DNA of 47,882 nucleotides from a virus: IMG/VR virus record IMGVR_UViG_3300029585_000017; one strand, 5' to 3'. Shown piece by piece: positions 40,323 to 47,882 of this stretch (position 1 is its first letter; each line of letters starts with the position of its first letter). The notes under the pieces were generated by a model. It saw only the letters and a program-made list of their open reading frames with translations, ran no database searches and was not told where the DNA came from. The position numbers and the translations under genes were made by a program.

Positions 40323-41033
40323 ATGCCAATTAATTTACCAGAAGTTACAAGCGGCTATAACCTGTCGCTCATTAACGATAACTTCAACAAAATAGAAAGC
40401 CAGTGGGATGAGAAATTAGATAGAATTCAATCTCAACAGGGCAACCAAATGGAACAAGCCTTGGATATGAATGATAATCCCATTCTTAATACCAAGACTA
40501 CAAGTGACCCTAAAAGCCTAGTAAATAAAGAATATTTAGATCAGGCTATTGCCGGTATTGAAGGGGCTGAAGGGGTTATCCCTCTAGTACAGACTAGACA
40601 GCAAGGGGATGGAGTAGCAACAATATTTGCTTCTCCGGCTTCAGAGCAAGTTGCAAATAGCTCATTCATTATAAATATTGATGGAGTAACACAACGACCT
40701 GTTTCTGACTACACCGCAAATGCTTCCGGAGATATTGTTTTTACAGAAGCTCCTCCCTTAAATGCAGCTGTTGATATTACATTTTTTGAGCCTGTTAATT
40801 TATCTGACACTGTATCACAGTCTTATGTAGACAGTGCTATTGCAAATAGTGAGAGTAATATTTTTAGCAGTTTAAAAACTTTTCTAGAGATGTCTCCTCA
40901 ATCTTCAGCACCTGTTTTAGGTTCTGAAGTTTATATTGTAATAGATGATGGTACAGATTGGAGCGGGGTGAATCCGACAGGTAGCCCACGTCCAGTATTC
41001 TATGATGGTTCTAACTGGATCGCTATGTTTTAG
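40323..41033 (+). CDS. Tail fibre protein
   Basis: LDMNDNPILNTKTTSDPKSLVNKEYLD matches the common fibre N-terminal motif (LDMNxNxIxNL..P....DAVNK). Confidence 0.6.
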   Translation: MPINLPEVTSGYNLSLINDNFNKIESQWDEKLDRIQSQQGNQMEQALDMNDNPILNTKTTSDPKSLVNKEYLDQAIAGIEGAEGVIPLVQTRQQGDGVATIFASPASEQVANSSFIINIDGVTQRPVSDYTANASGDIVFTEAPPLNAAVDITFFEPVNLSDTVSQSYVDSAIANSESNIFSSLKTFLEMSPQSSAPVLGSEVYIVIDDGTDWSGVNPTGSPRPVFYDGSNWIAMF

Positions 41034-41053
41034 AAATAGAGAAAAAAGCAAAC

Positions 41054-41560
41054 ATGGATATTAATAAAGAAGCCATGATTGATGACAAGGGGGCTGCTCG
41101 TACGCAGTCTCTCTTCCTTGAGACTAGTTATGCAGATACTGATTTTGTTCAGTACACACTAAAACCGCGTGACCATGTCTACAAAGGAAAGAAACTTCCA
41201 TCAATTAAACGCCTGTTCCTAGAGATGGAAGACCCTACTGAATACAACTTTGCGTATAAGTACTTCCTAGACTGGGACCATTGGCAACAAATTAAAAAGA
41301 ACAAACTCATTGCTGAACATATGAAAGGTTGGGAAGAAGAGATTGAGATTCGAGCACGAGCACGAGGTGTTAGCGCTATGTTTGATCTAGCTCTTGATGG
41401 TGAAAAGCCTAACTTCCAAGCAGCTAAGTTTCTAGCAGACAAAGGCTGGGATAAACGTTCAGCAGGGCGTCCTACTAAAGAAGCCGTACAGCGTGAAACT
41501 AAGATGCAAGCTCGTATGATGGATGAGTTTAGTAGTGACTTACAAAGGATGCAACGATAA
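41054..41560 (+). CDS. Terminase small subunit candidate
   Basis: 168-aa ORF upstream of the large terminase. Contains AAKFLADKGWDKRSAGRP. Confidence 0.5.
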   Translation: MDINKEAMIDDKGAARTQSLFLETSYADTDFVQYTLKPRDHVYKGKKLPSIKRLFLEMEDPTEYNFAYKYFLDWDHWQQIKKNKLIAEHMKGWEEEIEIRARARGVSAMFDLALDGEKPNFQAAKFLADKGWDKRSAGRPTKEAVQRETKMQARMMDEFSSDLQRMQR

Positions 41561-41727
41561 TGAATAAAGACGTTAAAACCCAATTGGCTGAGCTAGAAGA
41601 ACTAGCCCTCCCTATTCGTAAGTGGCTATTTGATAATTACCACCCTCATGCGTATGTAGCAATTAATATCGACTCAGTAGATTTAGGAGAAGCCATTCTA
41701 AGTCATGTTTTTAAGGATGAAGACTAA
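41560..41727 (+). CDS. 55-aa protein between the terminase subunits, below the ORF-track threshold
   Basis: I translated it by hand: MNKDVKTQLAELEELALPIRKWLFDNYHPHAYVAINIDSVDLGEAILSHVFKDED. TAATG overlaps at both ends. Confidence 0.5.
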   Translation: MNKDVKTQLAELEELALPIRKWLFDNYHPHAYVAINIDSVDLGEAILSHVFKDED

Positions 41728-43331
41728 TGACCGAAGATTGGCTAGAGGAAGCCGAAGAGAAACTACGGCGTATGCCACCGGAGGCTAAAGAGCTTCGTGA
41801 AGCAGCTATGGAAGACTTGTTCCTGTTCGCTCAGCTAGTCAATCCGGGTTATATGTATGGGGAAGTTCACAGGGAGATATACAGATGGATGCAAGATTAT
41901 TCTTTGTTTGGGCAAGGAACTTCTTTAACAGCAAACAAGCTGATAATGCTTCCTCGTGCTCATCTGAAGAGTCACATGGTGGCGACGTGGTGTGCGTGGA
42001 TTATTGCACGTCACCCGGATGTTACGATGTTGTATGTCTCAGCGACAGCGGAGCTGGCGATTACTCAGTTATACGCTATCAAGAACATTCTGGGGAGTAG
42101 TCTATTCCGTCGTTACTGGCCTGAGTACATTCACCCTCAAGAAGGTAAACGTGAGAAGTGGTCTTCTACTAAATTATCAGTAGATCACCCTATGCGTAAG
42201 AAGGAAGGTATTCGAGATGCTACTATTGCTACAGCAGGTCTTACAACTAACACTACTGGCTGGCATGCGGATGTCGTTGTGGCTGACGACTTGGTTGTCC
42301 CAGAGAACGCTTACACGGAAGATGGACGAGAGTCTGTTTCAAAGAAGGCGTCTCAGTTTACTTCAATTCGAAATGCTGGCGGATTCACAATGGCTTGCGG
42401 AACACGCTACCACCCAGTTGATATCTATGATACGTGGAAGAATCAGTTCTACGATGTCTACAATGATGATTTCGAAATAATCGATAAAGCGCCAGTATGG
42501 GAAATTAAAGAGTATGTTGTAGAGACAGATGGTATCTTCATCTGGCCTCGTATGATGCGTACTGACAATAAAGCTTTTGGTTTTGACCCTCAAGTATTAG
42601 CACGTATTAAAGCTGAGTATTCAGATAGAACACAGTTCTTCGCTCAGTATTACAATGACCCCAATGACCCCGGTTCAGAGAGGATTAGCCGTGACAAGTT
42701 TCAATACTTCGACCTTCGCTACCTTAAGAAAGAAGGTGGTGTATGGAGGTTCAAAGATAAACGACTTAACATATATGCTGCTGTTGACTTCGCATTCAGT
42801 CTATCAAAAGCTGCCGACTACACTGCAATCGTTGTTATCGGCGTTGACAGTGATGGCGACATCTATGTCCTTGACATTGACAGATTCAAGTCAGACAAGA
42901 CAGCAGAATATTTTAAACACATCTCTGCGTTACACAGCAAATGGAACTTCAAGAAGCTTCGAGCAGAAGTAACTGTAGCACAACAAATCATCGTTAATGA
43001 TATTAAAGACATGATTAAGAAACAAGGCATGTCTATCAGTGTCGATGAGTACAGACCTACGCGTCAAGAAGGTGCTAAAGAAGAACGTATTGCTGCTGCA
43101 TTAGAGCATCGTTATGATAATTTACAGATGTGGCATATGGAAGGAGGTTGGACTCCTGTTCTTGAAGAAGAACTTATCCAAGCCCGTCCTGCTCACGATG
43201 ATGTGAAGGATGCTCTAGCATCAGCAGTTGGTATCGCAGTAAAACCTAAACAAACTAAGTCAAACGATATGCGTGACTTTGGACTGTTTGGTGGACAAAA
43301 ACAATCTCGATTTGGGGGAGTACGCTTCTAA
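41727..43331 (+). CDS. Terminase large subunit
   Basis: 534 aa. Deviant Walker A LPRAHLKS, Walker B VVVADDLV, RNaseH-like nuclease IYAAVDFAFS...DDVKDA. Confidence 0.85.
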   Translation: MTEDWLEEAEEKLRRMPPEAKELREAAMEDLFLFAQLVNPGYMYGEVHREIYRWMQDYSLFGQGTSLTANKLIMLPRAHLKSHMVATWCAWIIARHPDVTMLYVSATAELAITQLYAIKNILGSSLFRRYWPEYIHPQEGKREKWSSTKLSVDHPMRKKEGIRDATIATAGLTTNTTGWHADVVVADDLVVPENAYTEDGRESVSKKASQFTSIRNAGGFTMACGTRYHPVDIYDTWKNQFYDVYNDDFEIIDKAPVWEIKEYVVETDGIFIWPRMMRTDNKAFGFDPQVLARIKAEYSDRTQFFAQYYNDPNDPGSERISRDKFQYFDLRYLKKEGGVWRFKDKRLNIYAAVDFAFSLSKAADYTAIVVIGVDSDGDIYVLDIDRFKSDKTAEYFKHISALHSKWNFKKLRAEVTVAQQIIVNDIKDMIKKQGMSISVDEYRPTRQEGAKEERIAAALEHRYDNLQMWHMEGGWTPVLEEELIQARPAHDDVKDALASAVGIAVKPKQTKSNDMRDFGLFGGQKQSRFGGVRF

Positions 43332-43597
43332 TGAAAATTATTTTTGATTTTGATCGTAAGAAAGCTTATAACAAATTACAATCTTTTATGTTCTGGAATC
43401 CTGAATACTCTCGTGGACAAGTCTGGAACAACATTACAGCGTATTCTAAATCAGGGTGGAAACGTTACTTAGGCGGGAGGTTTTATATTTTAGTAAAGCA
43501 TTCAGATTCTCGTATTAAAGAAATGAAATCTAATCTCGCATATCTTAACTATCGTATCCCTAAAGAGTTACGTTATAGCAATTTAAAGGATAAATAA
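43331..43597 (+). CDS. Hypothetical protein
   Basis: 88-aa ORF coupled on both sides. Confidence 0.5.
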   Translation: MKIIFDFDRKKAYNKLQSFMFWNPEYSRGQVWNNITAYSKSGWKRYLGGRFYILVKHSDSRIKEMKSNLAYLNYRIPKELRYSNLKDK

Positions 43598-45348
43598 TGG
43601 CAGGTGATAAAGTTGCAGAACTAGCTGCATTTATGACTCAAGACGAACCTTCTCAATGGGTTAGTTATATGTGGGATACCTACAATAACCAACGTCGTGA
43701 GAAGATTGAAGAATGGAAAGAACTCAGAGATTATCTATTTGCGACTGATACGTCGACCACAACGAATGGTGCGCTCCCTTGGAAGAACTCTACCACTCTA
43801 CCAAAATTGTGTCAAATCCGAGACAACCTACACTCAAACTATTTGCAAGCGTTGTTTCCAAATGACAATTGGTTGGAATGGAAAGGTTACAGCTTAGACG
43901 ATAGTACAATTGAGAAAGCTAAAAACATCGAAGCGTACATGTCCAATAAAACGAGAATCAGTGATTTCCGAAACACTGTCAGTCAACTCCTTCTTGATTA
44001 CATTGATTACGGCAATGCTTTTGTTTATGCCGACTTTGAATCACGCATGAAAGAGTTCCCAGACGGTTCGGTAGTTCCTGCTTACGTAGGGCCAGTTGGT
44101 AGGCGTATCAGTCCTATGGACATCGTCTTTAACCCTCTAGCAGACAGTTTCCAGAATACTCACAAGATTGTACGCTCTGTTCGTACACTTGGTGAAATTA
44201 AGAAACTAGCTCGTACCAATCCTCAGCAAACATTCTGGGAGGAGGCTATTCAACGCCGAATGGAAATTCGTAATCGTATGAGTGGTTATTCTCATGAAGA
44301 TTTTGATAAAGCTGTAGGTTACCAAGCTGATGGTTTTGGTAATATGTATGAGTACTATCAATCTGATTATATGGAAGTGTTAGAGTTCTATGGTGACTTC
44401 TACAATAATGAAACTGGCGAACTGATGTGTGACCAAATCATTACTGTTGTTGACCGTAACTATACAGCACGCCAAGAAACAATGCCAACTTGGTATGAAG
44501 GCAGTCCAATTGTTCATGTAGGCTGGCGTAAACGCCCAGACAACCTATGGTCAATGGGCCCCCTTGATAACCTTGTAGGTTTGCAATATCGACTAGACCA
44601 CTTAGAAAACCTTAAAGCCGATGCTATGGACCTAATCATTCATCCACCACTCAAGATTATTGGTGAGGTTGAAGAGTTCGTATGGGGTCCGGGGATTGAG
44701 ATTCATATTGATGAAGGCGGTTCTGATGTTCAAGAACTGGGCACATCTATGGGTAATATTTTCGGTGCAGCGCAAGAGATGCAACTAATTGAAGACCGTA
44801 TGGAACTTTATGCAGGTGCTCCACGTGAAGCAATGGGTGTACGTACTCCGGGTGAGAAGACAGCATTTGAAGTGCAAGAACTATCGAATGCAGCTAGTCG
44901 TATCTTCCAAGAGAAGATTAACCATTTTGAAATTGAGTTACTTGAGAAACTTCTAAACAAGATGTTAGAACAGGCACAGCGTAATATGGACGTCAGTGAC
45001 GTTATACGCGTGATGGACGATGACATTGGTGCTGAGGTATTCCAAACTCTTACTGTTGAAGACATTACCGCTAACGGGATCCTACGTCCTATCGGTGCTC
45101 GGCACTTTGCTAAGAAGGCGCAAGACCTTCAGAACTTGTCTCAAGTGTTTAACACTGCAATCGGTCAAATGGTTCAACCACACACATCAGCTCTAGAATT
45201 AACACGTTTCATTGATGACTCTCTAAGCTTGAAAGGTTATGAGATATTCCGTGAGAATGCAAACATTCAAGAGCAGCAGCGAACTCAATCTGCTGTTAAC
45301 TTAGCACAGGAAGAGATTGCTGCTCAGCAAGGAGTCCCAGTAGTCTAA
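43597..45348 (+). CDS. Portal protein
   Basis: 583-aa ORF following the terminase region and preceding scaffold and capsid. Confidence 0.75.
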   Translation: MAGDKVAELAAFMTQDEPSQWVSYMWDTYNNQRREKIEEWKELRDYLFATDTSTTTNGALPWKNSTTLPKLCQIRDNLHSNYLQALFPNDNWLEWKGYSLDDSTIEKAKNIEAYMSNKTRISDFRNTVSQLLLDYIDYGNAFVYADFESRMKEFPDGSVVPAYVGPVGRRISPMDIVFNPLADSFQNTHKIVRSVRTLGEIKKLARTNPQQTFWEEAIQRRMEIRNRMSGYSHEDFDKAVGYQADGFGNMYEYYQSDYMEVLEFYGDFYNNETGELMCDQIITVVDRNYTARQETMPTWYEGSPIVHVGWRKRPDNLWSMGPLDNLVGLQYRLDHLENLKADAMDLIIHPPLKIIGEVEEFVWGPGIEIHIDEGGSDVQELGTSMGNIFGAAQEMQLIEDRMELYAGAPREAMGVRTPGEKTAFEVQELSNAASRIFQEKINHFEIELLEKLLNKMLEQAQRNMDVSDVIRVMDDDIGAEVFQTLTVEDITANGILRPIGARHFAKKAQDLQNLSQVFNTAIGQMVQPHTSALELTRFIDDSLSLKGYEIFRENANIQEQQRTQSAVNLAQEEIAAQQGVPVV

Positions 45349-45587
45349 TGAAAACAGCATGGACTAAAGGCTTAGAAGCCGATGCCAAAGCTGAGATGAA
45401 GCTACATTTTAACTCAAGCGTCCAGTTGCGTAAGCGGCTGGGCGTTATGCTCAATGACAAAATAGACGCTAAGAATCGGGAAATGATGAAAGACGACGCG
45501 TACTCAAACCCGTCTTGGGCATACCTTCAAGCTGACTCTCAGGGCTACAAACGTGCAATTAGTGAACTTATTTCATTAATTGAATAA
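45348..45587 (+). CDS. Hypothetical protein
   Basis: 79-aa ORF, TAATG coupling to the portal gene. Confidence 0.5.
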   Translation: MKTAWTKGLEADAKAEMKLHFNSSVQLRKRLGVMLNDKIDAKNREMMKDDAYSNPSWAYLQADSQGYKRAISELISLIE

Positions 45588-45590
45588 TTT

Positions 45591-45634
45591 ATGTCACGTT
45601 TTCCTTGTTATCAAGGTATATATAAATATAACTA
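45591..45634 (+). promoter_or_regulatory. Phage-specific promoter-like element, copy B (TGTCAC-N19-TATATA), upstream of scaffold and capsid
   Basis: ATGTCACGTTTTCCTTGTTATCAAGGTATATATAAATATAACTA. Confidence 0.6.
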
Positions 45635-45680
45635 ATAGTAATACCCTTTACTTAAATATAATTATAAAGAGATTATTCAT

Positions 45681-46439
45681 ATGAATGATATTTTCCAACA
45701 GGCGTCTACCCCGACTCCTACACCTGCGCCTCAAGGTGGTGATGAGCTATCTACAAAACTAGCGTCCATCACAAATGAGAATGGCGAACCAAAGTATGCT
45801 GATCTACCTACAGCTATTGATGCGTTAAAGGCTTCACAGGAATATATTCCTACGTTAAAAAATGAAGTATCACTTAAGGATCAAGAGATTGCAACTCTGC
45901 GTAATCAAATTGCAGAGACTCAAGGTATGGTAAAAGCACAAGAAGAATTGGAACGCCTAATGCAACAATCACAACAACAGCCAGTAGCACAGCCAACAAC
46001 ACCAGCTGCACAACAGCAGGATGCCCCGGCAGCAGTCGATGTCAATCAACTCGTGCAGGCAGCATTCCAAGCTCATCAACAGCAAACCCTTGCAGAGAAG
46101 AACTTGAATGAAGTGAACTCAGTTCTTGCGTCTCAGTATGGCGATAAGGCAGTAGAACACCTAACCAATAAAGCAATGGAATTAGGTACTACAGCTGAAG
46201 CACTACAAGAGATGGCTAAGACTAACCCGACTATGGCACTAACCCTATTAGGTACTGAAAAGCCTAAAACATCTATGTCATATGGTGGTTCTAACACAGC
46301 TGGATTTAAACCAGCACCAGCAGCAAAACTAGAGTCTCCTAAAGAGTCTCTGCTAATGGGTGCAGGTTCAAATAAGGTCACTGACTTTATGAGTCAAGTC
46401 CGAGCTGAAGTATATCGTGAACATGGTATTGACAATTAA
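45681..46439 (+). CDS. Scaffolding protein
   Basis: 252-aa Gln/Ala-rich helical protein directly upstream of the capsid gene. Confidence 0.6.
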   Translation: MNDIFQQASTPTPTPAPQGGDELSTKLASITNENGEPKYADLPTAIDALKASQEYIPTLKNEVSLKDQEIATLRNQIAETQGMVKAQEELERLMQQSQQQPVAQPTTPAAQQQDAPAAVDVNQLVQAAFQAHQQQTLAEKNLNEVNSVLASQYGDKAVEHLTNKAMELGTTAEALQEMAKTNPTMALTLLGTEKPKTSMSYGGSNTAGFKPAPAAKLESPKESLLMGAGSNKVTDFMSQVRAEVYREHGIDN

Positions 46440-46449
46440 GGAATACTAA

Positions 46450-47388
46450 ATGCAATTAACTACTAATACCCGCGCGTTCATCGAGTCTGAGCAATATTCA
46501 AAGTTTATTCTACTAAACCTACACGACGGTCTATTGCCAGAGGCATTCTACCGTAATGTTTCTGACTTCGGTAACGGCGAAACGCTACATATTAAAACTA
46601 TCGGTACAGTAACTATTCAAGAAGCTGCCGAAGATACTCCACTAGTTTACAACCCAATCGAGTCTGGCGAAATCACAATGCAAATTACGGATTACGTTGG
46701 TGACGCTTGGTATGTAACTGATGACCTACGTGAAGATGGTGCTCAAGTTGATTCTCTAATGGCAGCTCGTGCTCAAGAATCTACTCGTGCATTCCAAGAG
46801 AACTTCGAAACACGTTTCCTAGAAGTATGTAACTCTGCGCAAACTAACGCTGATCCTAATACGATCAACGGTTTTGCTCACCGTATCGCTTCTGCTGAAT
46901 CTAACAACGTATTCGCTATCAAACACCTAAACGCAATGCGTCTAGCGTTCTTGAAAGCTAATGTGCCAGAGTCTGGTAACATCTTTATCTGTGACCCTGT
47001 TGTTGAAGCTACTCTTAATAACCTAGTTAACATCACTACTGACGTAACTCCTTTCGCTGCTCGTATCATCGAAGAAGGTATGACTCGTGGTATGCGTTTC
47101 GTGATGAACATCTTTGGTTGGGACATCTTCGCTAACAACCGTCTTCCTCGTGGTAACTTCTCTGATGGTACTACAGCGGTAACTGGTGCTGTTGCTAACA
47201 TCTGTATGAACGTTATGGATGACCAAACTAAGCCTATCATGATGGCTTGGCGTCGTATGCCTAAGTCTGAAGGCGAGCGCAACAAAGACCTAGCACGTGA
47301 CGAATTCGTAGTTCGTTCTCGTTACGGTTTTGGTGTTCAACGTCTAGACTCTCTAGGTGTTATCATTACTTCTGCAACTGACTACTAA
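46450..47388 (+). CDS. Major capsid protein
   Basis: 312-aa ORF, strong AAGGA RBS, biased codon usage, followed by a terminator. Position matches T7 gp10. Confidence 0.8.
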   Translation: MQLTTNTRAFIESEQYSKFILLNLHDGLLPEAFYRNVSDFGNGETLHIKTIGTVTIQEAAEDTPLVYNPIESGEITMQITDYVGDAWYVTDDLREDGAQVDSLMAARAQESTRAFQENFETRFLEVCNSAQTNADPNTINGFAHRIASAESNNVFAIKHLNAMRLAFLKANVPESGNIFICDPVVEATLNNLVNITTDVTPFAARIIEEGMTRGMRFVMNIFGWDIFANNRLPRGNFSDGTTAVTGAVANICMNVMDDQTKPIMMAWRRMPKSEGERNKDLARDEFVVRSRYGFGVQRLDSLGVIITSATDY

Positions 47389-47399
47389 GGATATAACTT

Positions 47400-47744
47400 A
47401 TGAGTTTTGAAGGTAATACTGGCCTTAACGTGGCTAACCATTATGGTCCACGTGTAGTTGGTGGTTCTGAAGGTTCCCTAACTACAGGTGACAACAAACG
47501 TACTTTCGCTTTCGATGGTACTGAAGAAAATCTACCGGGTGATGTTATCACTCTTCCTGTAGGCGCTACAGGTCGTGTGCTAGACATTAACGGTACTGCT
47601 CCATCTGTGCTTACTTTTGCAGGCACAGACGTAACTGCTGCTACTTATGCAGTTCCTGTGGAGTTTGACGCTACTAGTAACCAAAGCATCGTCTTTACTG
47701 GTACTGGTAAGTGTGTTGTTTCTGTTGAGTTCGACATGGCTTAA
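47400..47744 (+). CDS. Small virion protein (beta-rich; decoration or minor capsid candidate)
   Basis: 114-aa ORF, AAGGA RBS, between the capsid gene and the terminator. Confidence 0.55.
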   Translation: MSFEGNTGLNVANHYGPRVVGGSEGSLTTGDNKRTFAFDGTEENLPGDVITLPVGATGRVLDINGTAPSVLTFAGTDVTAATYAVPVEFDATSNQSIVFTGTGKCVVSVEFDMA

Positions 47745-47753
47745 CAGACCCTT

Positions 47754-47792
47754 GGCGGGCAGGGCTCTAAGGCTCTCCCGCCTTTTTTTTTT
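47754..47792 (+). terminator. Rho-independent terminator after the capsid module
   Basis: GGCGGG...CCCGCC GC-rich stem followed by T10. Confidence 0.8.
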
Positions 47793-47882
47793 GGAGAAAA
47801 TAAAAAATGGTAGATATCCAACACGAATCGCTTCCAGACAGCCGTCTCCACGAATGTAAAGGAGCAGCATCTGCCACCGTAG
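47784..47882. repeat. Terminal overlap copy 2 (identical to nt 1-99)
   Basis: Direct comparison. Confidence 0.95.

Noticed and set aside
1-47882. Phage-encoded RNA polymerase, integrase/repressor lysogeny module, and CRISPR array
   Set aside because: No ORF shows single-subunit RNAP motifs; the 893- and 1511-aa ORFs sit in structural positions and lack HDSFG-type motifs. I saw no recombinase or CI-like HTH gene, and no regularly spaced direct repeats with spacers.

Overview
This window is a complete, circularly closed genome of a tailed dsDNA phage. Nt 1-99 are identical to nt 47784-47882, so the unique length is 47,783 bp. Gene order is podovirus-like and T7-supergroup-like, but I found no phage RNA polymerase. 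It resembles the RNAP-less marine VpV262/SIO1-type phages; that is inferred from gene content and order only, since no search was possible.

The genome has two convergent arms that meet at a bidirectional terminator (12549-12601).

(1) The + strand virion/packaging arm runs from 38561 across the closure point to 12537. It encodes a beta-helix tailspike, a tail fibre, small and large terminase, portal, scaffold and major capsid. An intrinsic terminator follows, then adaptor/tube-like proteins, three internal/ejection-type proteins (one of 1511 aa), and a lipoprotein+TM spanin-like protein plus small membrane proteins.

(2) The - strand early/replication arm runs from about 37729 down to 12600. 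It encodes small early proteins and lipoproteins, a membrane-anchored GH24-like lysozyme, an AAA+ ATPase and a gp4-like primase-helicase. It also encodes a sigma factor split over two coupled ORFs, a family-A DNA polymerase, PD-(D/E)xK and HNH nucleases, an SSB-like protein, a FEN exonuclease, a CCA-type nucleotidyltransferase-like protein, and SLOG/DUF2493 and DUF3310 proteins.

I saw no integrase, repressor, tRNA or CRISPR array.

The most unusual content is non-coding:
- A 3.3-kb coding-poor island lies on the early strand (31802-35082). It contains an 824-nt promoterless spacer and a 1.55-kb ORF-free segment. The latter carries several consensus sigma70-type promoters, many palindromes and a perfect 15-bp long-range inverted repeat.
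- A 390-bp intergenic region upstream of the sigma genes carries six 15-16-bp-phased TCGGATGT iterons.
- A roughly 40-bp phage-specific promoter-like element (TGTCAC-N19-TATATA) occurs three times: before the tailspike operon, before scaffold/capsid, and before primase-helicase.

Functional calls rest on motifs I recognise by eye in the translations. No database search, RNA folding or statistics software was available, so family names are inferences and should be verified.
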